From positions 19,220,001 through 19,284,000 of the forward strand of contig OX597816.1 in NCBI GenBank assembly GCA_951406725.2: a stretch of DNA of 64,000 bases, in the 5' to 3' direction. This document shows positions 1-11,569 of this stretch, piece after piece. Position 1 is the first letter of the stretch; each line of letters begins with the position of its first letter. The translations under genes and the position numbers were made by a program. The notes under the pieces were generated by a model. That model was not told the DNA's origin, did no database searches, and saw only the letters and a program-made list of their open reading frames with translations. This DNA is from Octopus vulgaris (Eukaryota).

Positions 1-147
1 GATAACAATAAATCAAAAACAGGAATTAAGATTAACGACAACGCAGATCCTACAGTAAATGTGAATATAAATTCAGAATGCCAAACCAATATTTATAGAC
101 GGTGTGTGTATAACAACGACAACAAAAACAATAATAATAAGCTTCGG

Positions 148-288
148 TGATTGAAAGTATTATCATGTAAATTGTTTTGTCTTGGTATAAAAGAGCAAAT
201 ATTCCGCTCAATACAACAGATTTGCTAGTCAGTTGTTTGACCTGAACCAGTTGAGCATGTCCCTTAGTAGCTGACAATATATGCACAC
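148..288 (+). mobile_element. Fragment of the unclassified (AAT)n-associated element seen at 57464-58034
   Basis: gattgaaagtattatcatgtaaattgttttgtc...agcaaatattccgctcaatacaacagatttgctagtcagttgtttgacc...catgtcccttagtagctgac aligns by eye with ~57530-57680 and is preceded by a short AAT run. Confidence 0.75.
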
Positions 289-2009
289 CTAAAACACTGA
301 CGCATTTTGCCTTCCGTCATGATATATATCACCATCCCGTTCTGGTGACAGCTGTGGTCCAGGATTTTTTTTTATTTTCGGGTCTGATCCGGAGAAGTAT
401 CTCCAGGTAAAACCCTGACCAGTCCTCTTAGTAGTTCTTGTCACCTCTATCGGGACAGTATCTGCGCCCTCCACGATTACGCATCCCAGATGACACCAAA
501 TATTTAGTCCTGGGGTGATTCTTGGAATGCTGATACGGTCTGTACGTTCCCCATGTGGGAGGAGTACATGATGACTTTGCTGGTTTTGCATGGGGTCCTT
601 GAATGTTTTACAGCGAGGGCTTCTGATTTAAACAGCACCGAAATAGTGTCGTATTTTTCTGCTCCTCGCTATGTATTCGATCTCATTTCTTATGCACCTC
701 CGTGCCACCTCAATATCTACTCGAGCTATCAAAGATGCTCTTTTTGTGGCTGCTGAGAAGCATCTGGAAAGCAAAGTTCATCTCTCCACTACTCCAATTG
801 CCTCTGATGTTAACGTCAGATTTACCCAATTATTCTATTGTTTAATTACTTTCCATGCCTCAGAGAGCATCTGCTCCCTATTTCTAAGGTCTACGGTTTA
901 TCGGAATGTGGCATTAGATGCTGCTGCTGCGGCTGCTGCAATGCTAATTTTGATATTTTATTTGTAGTTTTTGTTATTTTTGTTGCTGTCCCTGTTACTG
1001 CCGCTGCTGCTGTTGTCTTTCTTATCGATGTTGTTGGCGTTAGTTTTGTTGTTGTTGCTGTCGTCGCTTTTGGTCTCGTTGTTGTTATTGTTGTTGCTAT
1101 CACTACTGCCTCTTCTGTTGCTTTCTCTTACGTCGTTGTTGCTGCTCTCACTACTACTGCTCCCGTTGCTGCTGCTGTCTATGTTGCGGCTGCTGCTATT
1201 GTCATTTCTTATTTCTTTAATGCCCAGAAGCGGCTACACACAGAGGGTACAACAATGACAGGCAAACGGATTACGTCGAATATATCGACCTGAGTGCGTA
1301 ACTGGTACTTAAATTATCGACCCCGAAAGGATGAAAGGCAAAATCGACCTCGGCGGAAGTTGAACCCAGAACGTTCACACGGACGAAATACCTATTTCTT
1401 TACTACCCGCAAGGGGCTAAACACAGAGATGACAAACAAGGGCAGGCAAACGGATTAAGTCAAATATATCGACCTCAGTGCGTAACTGGTACTTAAATTA
1501 TCGACCCCGAAAGGATGAAAGGCAAAGTCGACATCGGCGGAATTTGAACTCAGAACGTGACAACAGACGAAACTGCTATTGTCATTTCTTATTTCTTTAC
1601 TGCCCAGAAGCAGCTACACACAGAGAGGACAAACAAGGACAGGCAAACGGATTAAGTCGAATATATCGACTCCAGTGCGTAACTGGTACTTAAATTATTG
1701 ACCCCGAAAGATAAAAGGCAAAATCGACCTCGGCGGAATTTGAACTCAGAACCTGACAGCAGACGAAACTGCTATTGTCATTTCTATCGCTGTTAGTGCT
1801 TCTGCTACTATTGTTTCTACTGTTCCTTTTATTTTGTACCGTGACAGTCTTGTTTTTCTCCTCCTCCCCTCCCCTGCATTGTTGCCATTGACAAAGGGAC
1901 GGGGAGGGAGGTCTTCATGTATTACCATATTGGTAGGAAGGTTTGTTTTGTTTTTCCTCAACTCTTTCAAAACGCGCTCTACCATCTTGTTGAGTTGTAT
2001 GGATTCCAT
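275..2009 (-). pseudogene. Decayed gag/ORF1-like ORF of a retroelement (Thr/Ala-rich linker, start of a zinc knuckle), interrupted by SINE insertions
   Basis: Removing the SINE block 1210-1785 joins ORF 1746-2009 (...ALTAIEMTIA) in frame to the Thr/Ala-rich ORF 891-1103, with two stops between. Near 330-280 the minus strand reads MVIYIMTEGKMRQCFRC, resembling the EG-x-x-x-x-C-F-x-C start of retroelement ORF1 CCHC knuckles. The family assignment is an inference. Confidence 0.4.
1210..1768 (-). mobile_element. Three head-less units of SINE family B (Meta-domain-like): dimer 1210-1572 plus monomer 1590-1768
   Basis: Each unit carries the reverse complement of gagttcaaattccgccgagg...tcatcctttcggggtcgataa...gtaccagttacgcac. 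The 17-bp ctgctattgtcatttct occurs at 1193-1209, 1573-1589 and 1769-1785. Confidence 0.9.
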
Positions 2010-2232
2010 TGAATATTTGCGCCCACCGAATCTATTTGGGGGGCCGAAAATCGCCGGTTTAGGGTTTACACAATATAAAGATCTAGTAATAGATTCCTGT
2101 TGCTTCTATTCACAACTGGGAATGAAATAATTATTGCAAAAAGACACCAAACTGGGTGTAAATAAATATTTTGAACTGAAGTTGGAGCGTTCGAAAACAC
2201 GTCCGGTATGTTCCGCAGCAAATATGATGATG

Positions 2233-2238
<6 letters not shown>

Positions 2239-2296
<58 letters not shown>
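2239..2296. repeat. (AAT)n microsatellite, 5' flank of the R4/Dong LINE
   Basis: Direct reading. Confidence 0.95.
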
Positions 2297-2297
<1 letters not shown>

Positions 2298-4200
2298 CAA
2301 AGTAGCACCAACAATCATAAAATTCATAGAGCACTCTATGAATAAATGGAAAACAGTCCTACACCTCCAAACAAAAGAGGGACTCATGAAAACCAAAGAC
2401 ATCCCCATTAGAAGAGGAATATTCCAGGGAGATACGCTCTCTCCACTCCTTTTCTGCTTGGCACTGTCACCTCTATCTGATATGCTAAATAGAACTGGAT
2501 GCGGATATAAATGTTACGGCAAAACGATCAGCCACCTTTTATATATGGATGACCTAAAACTATACGCTGCAAATGACAAAAAGCTGGAAACACTATTAAA
2601 GACAGTTCATGGATTTACCAAAGAAATAGATATGAAATTTGGATTAGAAAAATGCGCCAAAGTAACCATGAAAAGAGGAAAACTAGTTAAGAGTAACAAC
2701 ATCACACTAGATGAAGCAAATGAAATAAAAGAATTAGACCAAAGCCAAACTTACAAATACTTAGGAATCCATGAACTAGATAAGACACAACACACACAGA
2801 TGAAAGAGAAAATAAAAAAATAATATTATAGACGAGTTAGATCAATACTAAACACAGAGCTCAATGCTAAAAACAAGATAATAGGTATCAACACTTTAGC
2901 TGTCCCAGTTATAAGTTACAGCTACAATATCCTTAACTGGACACGAAATGAACTGACCAAAATAGACAGGAAAACAAGAAAAATAATGACAGGATCTAGG
3001 ATGCATCACCCAAAATCTGACATAGAAAGAATATATACAACGTATAGAAGGTGGTAGAGGCCTTATACAGCTGGAAAACTACTATAAAATAACCACCATA
3101 GGACTGCAAAAATATCTACTTCAGAAGGAAGGAAAACTGATCCAGATAGCGGCAAAACACGAGCAAAACAAAAAACTGTTCTCAGTATTTAAGGAAGCTG
3201 ACAAATACAAACAAGAAATCATACCACCTAATAAACATGAAGAAGAAGAAGAAGAAGATGAAGAAACAACAAAAGCTATAAAAAAAATGAAATCAAAACT
3301 AAAAATAGAACAGCAACGAACCATGATAAAACGATGGCAAGAAAAGCCCCTTCATGGTAAATACTGGACTAAACTAAACGCAAAAGAAATAGACAAAGAA
3401 AAATCCCAGCAATGGTTGAGAAGCTCAGGACTCAAAGCAGAAACAGAGGGATTTTTAATTGCAGCACAAGACCAAAGCCTCCCCAACAGAAATTACCAAA
3501 AACATGTAATGAAAAGAAATATTACAAGTAACTGCAGAATATGTAGAGATGGACAAGAAACAATAAATCATATTATCTCTAGCTGCCCAGTCCTGGCTAA
3601 GAAGGAATATATTCACAGACACGACAGAGTTGGAACTTACATACATTGGAAGCTATGCCAACATTATGGAATAACAACAGAAAAAAGATGGTATAGGCAC
3701 ACACCAGAAAAGGTCACAGAAAACGAGAAAGCAACCATACTCTGGGATATGCCGATACACAGATAGAGAAATTAAGGCCAACAGACCAGATATAGTTGTC
3801 AGAGACCATGAAGAAAAAAAATGCTTTCTAATTGATGTATCAGTACCGGCAGATGACAACGTGTCTCTAAAAGAAATGGAGAAACTCTCAAAATACAAAG
3901 ACCTGGAAATAGAGGTAACTAGAATGTGGAATCTGAAAACAGAAACAATTCCTATCATAGTAGGTGCATTAGGCATGATAAAAAAATATTCAGACAAATA
4001 CATAACAAAAACACCAGGACTTACAAACACATATAACATACAGAAAATTGCACTACTAGGCACTGCACACATCCTACGCAGAACACTTTCCATACAATAA
4101 CCATCAGAGCATCACAACAAATCACAGCACATACCCAAGGCACACAGAGCTGCGCTCGGTAGTGAAGTGAAAGCACGCTATAACAATAAAAATAAAACTA

Positions 4201-4203
<3 letters not shown>
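2297..4203 (+). mobile_element. 5'-truncated R4/Dong-clade non-LTR retrotransposon (RT, CCHC finger, restriction-like endonuclease), pseudogenised
   Basis: RT motifs RRGIFQGDTLSPLLF, HLLYMDDLKLY, KFGLEKCA, YKYLG; C-terminal CRIC...HIISSC...RHD and RPDIVV...LIDV...KYKDL. Stop at 2821 and frameshifts near 3040 and 3760. ORF ends at 4100, followed by a ~100-bp 3' UTR. Flanked on both sides by (AAT)n, as known for Dong elements. Confidence 0.92.
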
Positions 4204-4278
<75 letters not shown>

Positions 4279-4284
4279 TATAAT

Positions 4285-4319
<35 letters not shown>

Positions 4320-4340
4320 TCATGATGATGATGATAATAA
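4204..4340. repeat. (AAT)n/(GAT)n microsatellite, 3' flank of the LINE
   Basis: Direct reading. Confidence 0.95.
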
Positions 4341-4973
4341 TCCATGGATAAGAAGCTTTTATATGCATATTCAAAACGTTCCCGTAAACAAACTTAAAAG
4401 ATGTATACTTTTTTGTGGCTATGGTGTATGTGCGTACATTAGATCACAATATGAGGATAATCTACGATATGAGCTGAGTACCGCCGCAAATAAAGCACAC
4501 ACGCACGCGTTTGTGGTATTTGTGCATACAACGAAACAATATTCTGCAGTTGATTCAAATGTAAATAAGGATGGGGGATGATTAATTTGTTTTACTCGAA
4601 ATATATATTTTAACTTGATCGCATTACCATTATCATTAGACAATAACATGTTTTCTATGCAAATCATAATTTGCTTTGCATTACTGAACTTGAATGAAAC
4701 TAACATATTATAAGATGGATAGGAAATTTTATAAATATATATTCTAATGTTACTTTTAACAATTCGGTTGGTAAATTGCGACAATATTCTATAACATTAT
4801 GTTATAGAAATTAATATGCACAAAGACTATATATAATTTCCCCTGAGTGCGCAAATGAAGCATAAATGTTGATTCTTGCTAAAATTATTTACGTTAATGA
4901 AAATCGTAGCGCCGTGTGTCACGTTGATATAAATATTTGTTATATTCATATATAAACATAAAAAAAATAATAA

Positions 4974-5214
4974 ACGCGCCCATTTAAAGCCTAGTCAGGC
5001 TCATGGGCCCGGTTTCCCGGTTTCTATGGCGTATGTGTTCCCCAGCTGAACGGGACGCCAGTCCATCGCAGCGTTACTCATTTTTGCCAGCTGAGTGGAC
5101 TGGAGCAACGTGAAATCAAGTGTTTTGCTCAAGAACACAACGCGTCGCCCGGTCCAGGAATCGAAACCACAATCTTAAAATCATGATGCTGACACCCTAA
5201 CCAATAATCCTCCA
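4974..5214 (-). mobile_element. tRNA-derived SINE family C (V-domain-like core)
   Basis: The minus strand has an A-box remnant ggttagggtg, B-box ggtttcgattcc, core gcgatggactggcgtcccgttcag and tail gaaaccgggaaaccgggccc. Confidence 0.8.
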
Positions 5215-5257
5215 CAATATACATATATATATTACTATTATTACCTACATTATGTAG

Positions 5258-5466
5258 GGCGGTGAGCTATCAGAATCATTAGCAAACCGGGAGAAAGGCT
5301 TAACAGTATTCCGTCTGCCATTACGTTGTGAGTTCAATTTCCACCGTGGTTGACTTTGCCTATTATCCTTTCGGGGTCAAGGAAATAAGTACCAGTTACG
5401 TCCATGTAATCGACTAGCCCCCTTCCCATAAAAAATTGTCATGGCCTTGTGCTGAGATTAGAAATA
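5258..5466 (+). mobile_element. SINE family B (short-tail variant), diverged, with a 19-bp TSD
   Basis: Head ggcggtgagct, B-box gagttcaatttcc and core atcctttcggggtc. TSD attattacctacattatgt at 5237-5255 and 5467-5485. Confidence 0.85.
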
Positions 5467-6749
5467 ATTATTACCTACATTATGTGAGAAAAATTATTGC
5501 TTCTTACATTACGGACGTTATCAAACGAAGGCAATGCTGCTTTTGAAGAGACAACACATCATACCATAAAAGATTATCGTGCTGTGGGTATCACTAAGTA
5601 TAGGAATGGAATCATTCACTTTAGCCTCTCGTTTTATACTTACCAAGAAAATTTTAGGAGTAATCAATGCGAAGATTTTATAGGCTTATGCAACATCAGT
5701 GTGATGATTTTCGGACATCACACAAATAATTACCCTTGGTACAAAATATAAAATGCTATAAAGTTTTCAGTGATATATCAATGCGAACAACCTACTAAAT
5801 TTTGTAGCAATAATGCCATATATTTAATTTTCAGACTGAGATTAAAATGCGAAACAATTTTACTAATTTGAAAAACAATTAGATGCATTGTACTCGTTTC
5901 TAAATATGTTCATATATTTGTTAATGTTTATATCCATCACGGTACTTATGCAGAGATATCAAACTCTTTAAGTCAATGTGCCTCATCTCAAACAGATTTT
6001 GGAGGTTACATTATAGGAGAATACTTGTCAGCTATTCTTTCAGAGATTACCTTACATACAAGTAAAAAAAAAAAAGAAAACTTTCAGAAGGAATGAAACT
6101 ACAACTTTGATCGCGTATTTGAACGATATGATTCAGCTAGTAGTAGCGGGAAAAAGTGATATAGGACTCTGAAACAGAGATATATGTCACTGAGACATGA
6201 TAATACAGCATATATCCGAATAATTTTCTTTCCACCTGGGATGCATGATCAAAAAATCTGAACATAATCTTTAAGTCTTATAGCATACATTTTTCGCAGC
6301 AAATTTGTGTCTTTGATGACGTGATTGGTCAATAGAAAAAAAAGGTATATTATTATTATTTTATATTGTTTCATTTTCATAGAGACTGCTACTATTTGTG
6401 ACATAGGCAAGACTGTGAAATTTATGTTGTCTGATTATGAATGAATTGGTTAATTCCCTAATAATAAATGCTAGGCAGGATGTGAAACGTTTGCAGTAAA
6501 ATTATCATTAACCAAATCTACGGATGATGTGTAGAATTAAAGTACTTATTTATGTTTGCCTACAAAAATTTACTCTAACACGCTAAGAAACAGAAGATGG
6601 AACGAGATAGCCATTAACAGAAGAGACAGGATACATATATGTATAGGCGTGTGCATGCGCATCGCATATATTCATAACTATATATACATTGTAGTTTGAG
6701 ATTTGAAATTCATAAATACTGTACAAATTTTATACAAGCTATACCTACA

Positions 6750-7158
6750 GGCGCAGGAGTGGTTGTGTGGTAAGTAGCTTGTTTACCAATCACACGGTTC
6801 CGGGTTCAGTCCCACTGCGTGGCACCTTGGGCAAGTGTCTTCTCCTATAGCCTAGGGCCGACCAAAGCCTTGTGAGTGGATTTGGAAGACGGAAACTGAA
6901 AGAAGCCCGTCGTATATATATGTATATATATATATGCATGTGTGTGTTTGTGTGTCTGTATTTGTCCCCCTAGCATTGCTTGACAACCGAAGCAGGTGTG
7001 TTTTTGTCCCCGTTACTTAGCGGTTCGGCAAAAGAGACCGATAAAATAAGTACTGGGCTTACAAAAGAATAATTCCCGGGGTTGAGTTGCTCGATTAAAG
7101 GCGGTGCTCCAGCATGGCCGCAGTTAAATGACTGAAACAAGTAAAAGAGTAAAAGAGT
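6750..7158 (+). mobile_element. tRNA-derived SINE family A (~400 bp, CR1-type tail)
   Basis: A-box tggttgtgtggtaag, B-box gggttcagtccc, CORE-like accttgggcaagtg, internal (TA)/(TG) tract and tail ggcggtgctccagcatggccgcag...gactgaaac(aagtaaaagag)n. Confidence 0.93.
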
Positions 7159-7556
7159 ATGCCTTGCCATAATTACCTTCTACACTTAAAATATATATCT
7201 GATTCTGTAAGTATGCTTCTATTCTTTCACTCTATATAACATCTTGCATTTCATACTGTTATATGACATACGCCGATTTTGTACCATAAAATTATCTCTA
7301 TATCTTATGTACTCTTTCAAGCGCCCTGTATCTCTTTCTTTCTCTCTCTCTTGCTTTCTCCACACACAAACATTCATACACGCAACATATACGTATGCAT
7401 AATGCACGTAAACATAAGTAAACATATGTTCGTTCTGGATGCAATTTTGTCGTACATATTACAATACTTTAATTATATGCAGTTAAGTTTCCTAGATACA
7501 TCCTACCATGTTACGCTTGCATATGGTCGTATTAATGCCTCCTTGAAAATACAGTT

Positions 7557-7779
7557 ACTCTTTTACTCTTTTACTTGTTTCAGTCATTTGACTGTGGCCA
7601 TGCTGGAGCACCGCCTTTAGTCGAGCAAATCGACCCCGGGACTTATTCTTTGTAAGCCCAGTACTTATTCTATCGGTCTCTTTTGCCGAACCGATAAGGG
7701 ACGGGGACGTAACCACACCAGTATCGGTTGTCAAACGATGTTGAGGGGACACACAAACACACACACACACACACACATA

Positions 7780-7827
<48 letters not shown>

Positions 7828-8091
7828 ATACATATATAAACACACCAGCATCAGTTGTCAAGCAATGCTAGGGGAACAAACACAGACACACAAACATATA
7901 TAGACACACACTTATATATATATACATATATACGACAGGCTTCTTTCAGTTTCCGTCTACCAAATCCACTCACAAGGCATTGGACGTCCCGGGGCTATAG
8001 CAGATGACAGTTGCCCAAGATGCCACGCAGTGGGACTGAACCCGGAACCATATGGTTGGTTAGCAAGCTACTTACCACACAGCCACTCCTG
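7557..8091 (-). mobile_element. SINE family A with a duplicated central segment
   Basis: Reverse complement of the family A consensus. The acaccag(t/c)atc(g/a)gttgtcaa...microsatellite block occurs twice (~7716-7840 and ~7843-7930). Confidence 0.92.
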
Positions 8092-8154
8092 TTGTTTAAA
8101 TATAAATATTCTGAACCTGGAATGTACACATATATGAATAAATATATGTATTAC

Positions 8155-8155
<1 letters not shown>

Positions 8156-8221
<66 letters not shown>

Positions 8222-8296
8222 CATGCATATATACATACATACATACATACATACATACATACATACATACATACATACATACATACATACATACAT
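8156..8296. repeat. (TA)n plus (ACAT)n compound microsatellite
   Basis: Direct reading. Confidence 0.95.
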
Positions 8297-9472
8297 TACT
8301 ATTGAAAAATTGAATATCATCTTACGCTGTAAACTTTGTTGTATATTTCTGTGAAATTTGAATATCCCAGACAAAATTGAGGAGAAAATTTTATAAAATA
8401 TATAAATATATATAAATATAAAATTAGTGTATGTAATATGAACGAGAGGGCGTAAAGGAAAAGCAGAGTAGAAACAAACGAAGAAAACATAAACTGAAGT
8501 TATTCATTTAACTTCTTATAATCACAGCAGGAAAGTCTACAGTGATAAATATTATCTGAAATATAACTTGTAGAAAATCCCAAGACACCTTGTTTAAAAT
8601 CTTTAGCTCATCTTCTCTTCCATAGTTGTAGTGTAGACATTAACGAAGAAATGTAGTAATCAATACATTTGAATGGAACAGCAAAATAGAAATAATAAAA
8701 TATTAAAAGAACGCTAATATATCGTACATATAGAAATGAAGATTCCATAATTGGCTTGAAGCCATAGGAGAAAATATGTTAGATAAAGGTACTTGGAAGC
8801 ATGCCACTAATGGTCTCACAGTCAGAAATATCCAAAATGGCGGTCAATGATTGCAGCAATAAAAGGGCTAAGCAAGTTGAAGTATAGCCTACAATTAACA
8901 TCTAAGATGTAGAATAAATCTTTTCCAAGTTCAATCAGTTACTAAGAAAAATGAATAAATTATTTATATGAGACTGTTCGGTTGAGCTTGTATCCGTTGT
9001 AATAATACAATTTTAATTAAAAGCTTTAGTGCTATGAATATCTTCAAAGTGCACACGACACATCATGTTATTCTCATTTGCACACATTAGCATAGATTTT
9101 TCAAATGCTAATATATCAGAGATCATAAAATACATTGAATATAAGATCATTCATGAAAGTATATTTTCTTGAAGTACTTTTATAGGTCTGGCCAAACACA
9201 CAAATAAAGACACGGACATTCATATATGGGAATCTGTAGCTAATGTTAGTCGTATGAAGAACAACTTCGAATTGTGAGAAGTTGGCTGTAATCCTTTTCG
9301 CGGAAGTAATAAAGGTAGGTTTGAATCTTTTGGCACATCTAGAAACAATCATGCATTTTCTGTCATTTTCAAACGGGGGAACACAGATTTTATTAAACGA
9401 CACCATAAAAGCACGAAATCTGAGCAGATATCTTATGGCAAAACGGTTTAACACTTCATTTTTATTTAGTAA

Positions 9473-10499
9473 CTAGCAGTATCGCCCGGCGTTGCTCAGG
9501 TTTGTAAGGGAAATAACTATAAAGCATTTTTAGAGAGTTATAGCCAAAAAATAGCAAAAAAATGGAAAAAAAAATATGGTAATTTTTTTGAGTTAAAAAA
9601 GGTGGAGTTGCGTCCCCTAGACGGTCTGTGGTTTGGGTTTCTGATTCTCGACCCCATGTCGAATTTATCGATTTTTTTCAGAACTGGGGGAACTGTATAT
9701 GTGTGTCGTGTATGTATATGTGTGTCGTGTGTGTAATAGGGTCATTATACACTTAAGATAACACTTAAGACAAGAGCAATTATTTAAGAGTCCAGAAATT
9801 TATTATTAAAATGGTTTTAATTAATTCTACATAATAACAATAAAATGCAATGGCAAACAACGGTAGGTTAATTACCGATACTGTTCGAACTGCAAGCCAC
9901 CTGCTCTTTGGCTCTAAGTGAATCTATAGTGACTTTATTGCCAGCTTGGCCATTTAACATCCTACTACTATCATACCACACCCGCATTCTTTTCTTCTTC
10001 TTCTTCTTCTTCTCCTTCTCCTTCTTCTACTTCTTCTTCTTCTTCTCCTTCTTCCCCTTCTTCTACTTCTCCTCCTTATTCTTCTTGTTCTTCTTGTTCT
10101 TCTTCTTCTTCTTCTTCTTCTTCTTCTTCTCATTCTTCGTCTTCATTCTTCTTTCTTCTTCTTCTTCTTCTTCTTCTTCTTCTTCTTCTTCTCCCTTCTT
10201 CTTCTTTTTCTTCTTCTTCCTCTTCTTCTTCTCCTTCTTCTTCTCCTTCTTCTCATTCTTCTTCTTTTTCTTCTCCTTCTCCTTCTCCTTCTTCTTCTTC
10301 TTTTTCTTCTTCTTCCTCTTTTCCTCTTCTTCTTCTTCTTCTTCTTCTTCTCATTCTTCTTCTTCTTCTTTCTTCTCCTTCTTCTTCTTCTCCTTCTTCT
10401 CCTTCTTCTTCTTCTTCTCCTTCTTTCTTCTTCTTCTTCTTCTTCTCCTTCTTCTCCTTCTTCTCCTTCTTCTTCTTCTTCTTCTTCTTCTTCTCATTC

Positions 10500-10531
<32 letters not shown>

Positions 10532-10725
10532 CTTCTTCTTCTTCTTCTTCTTCTTCTTTGCCAAGAATTCACAACGGCCTCGAACCAACAAGCCGTAAAC
10601 AAGAGAGAAAGAGACAGGCAGAAAGAAAGAAAATGCCGGTTCTATTTGAATTTTTGCTGGTCTTGAGTCGAGATTTGAAACCAAGACATACACACACACA
10701 CACATGTATATATATGTATAGTAGA
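9473..10725 (-). mobile_element. Non-autonomous Helitron-like element enclosing a large (GAA)n tract
   Basis: Minus-strand 3' end cctgagcaacgccgggcgatactgCTAG|T (GC hairpin plus CTAG) at 9473-9500, nearly identical to 43335-43362. Putative 5' end TCTACTATA at 10725; this boundary is less certain. Confidence 0.6.
9988..10558. repeat. Compound (TTC)n/(TCC)/(TTG)n trinucleotide tract, ~570 bp
   Basis: Direct reading. It explains the poly-F/S/L and poly-K/E/R ORFs. Confidence 0.97.
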
Positions 10726-11229
10726 AGAATAAATAGAAAGTCCTCCGCACAGTATTATATATTTGAAAAAATGAACAGGAATAGCTATTCTGATAATTTT
10801 TCCAGGGTAATTATTATATGTTTATAAGTTTACTAAAGGTGACTCTGATAAGGTGTTCTCCCTCAAAAACGGTGTTTTTCAAACTGATATTTTAGAGTTT
10901 GCTATTCACTCTTTACATAGGGACTGCTTAATTGCAAATATGCAAACATACTACACTAACACATACACACAACCACATACATTTATCCATCTATAAACAG
11001 CTATTGAGAGAGATACGCTCACCTACATATACACACATACTCACATACACACACAAAAATCATAGGACATCACACATACACAATCGCAGAGCAACATAAA
11101 ATACATATGCATGTATTCATTTGCATATATTAATGCATATATACATACATGAATAAGTGAGGGTGAAGGAGTAGAATAAAGAAATGGAATTTTCTGGTGT
11201 GGTCATTTTCGTATGAAATATTTCTATAA

Positions 11230-11420
11230 CAGATCGTTAGCCACTACACATTCTTTATGATCTTTCCCTGTTTCTTTCTGTGTTCCTTTCTGTGGAAGAG
11301 CGTAGGCTTGAAACGTTAAAGACTCTTTCACTTCCCGAGCGTTATACTAATACATCTGTTTGTTGTCTACACCACCTGTCTTCGTCTTTTGTTTTTTGTT
11401 CTTTTTTGTGAATTATCCCT
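11230..11420 (+). mobile_element. PLE-type 3' tail (pseudo-LTR fragment) with a variant hammerhead
   Basis: Pyrimidine-rich tail with the same layout as 12390-12597: core, GAAACGTTAAA, then a T-rich end. Confidence 0.6.
11286..11321 (+). ncRNA. Minimal hammerhead-like ribozyme, non-canonical core CUGUGGA
   Basis: cttt-CTGTGGA-A-GAGC(gtag)GCTT-GAAA-CG-TT-aaag: stem I cttt/aaag, stem II GAGC/GCUU, palindromic AACGTT helix III. Confidence 0.55.
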
Positions 11421-11569
11421 ATTTCTATAAAGCCCTGTTAATGGCAAAGGTAACTCACAGCATGTCTACTAACCAATATGGACGCTAACATACACAACTA
11501 CACACACACTCACCCTTCCCTATATATATACAAACCCACCCACAATCACACCGACACACATTTATATAT

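Noticed and set aside
838-1293. Hydrophobic V/A/L-rich plus-strand ORFs resembling membrane proteins
   Set aside because: Antisense reading of a decayed ACA/GCA-rich tract that runs into a SINE.
9116-9476. Overlapping 112-aa and 64-aa non-repetitive ORFs
   Set aside because: No recognisable motif or splice context; length is compatible with chance.
9908-10750. 252-aa and 165-aa low-complexity ORFs
   Set aside because: Translations of a (TTC)n/(GAA)n tract.
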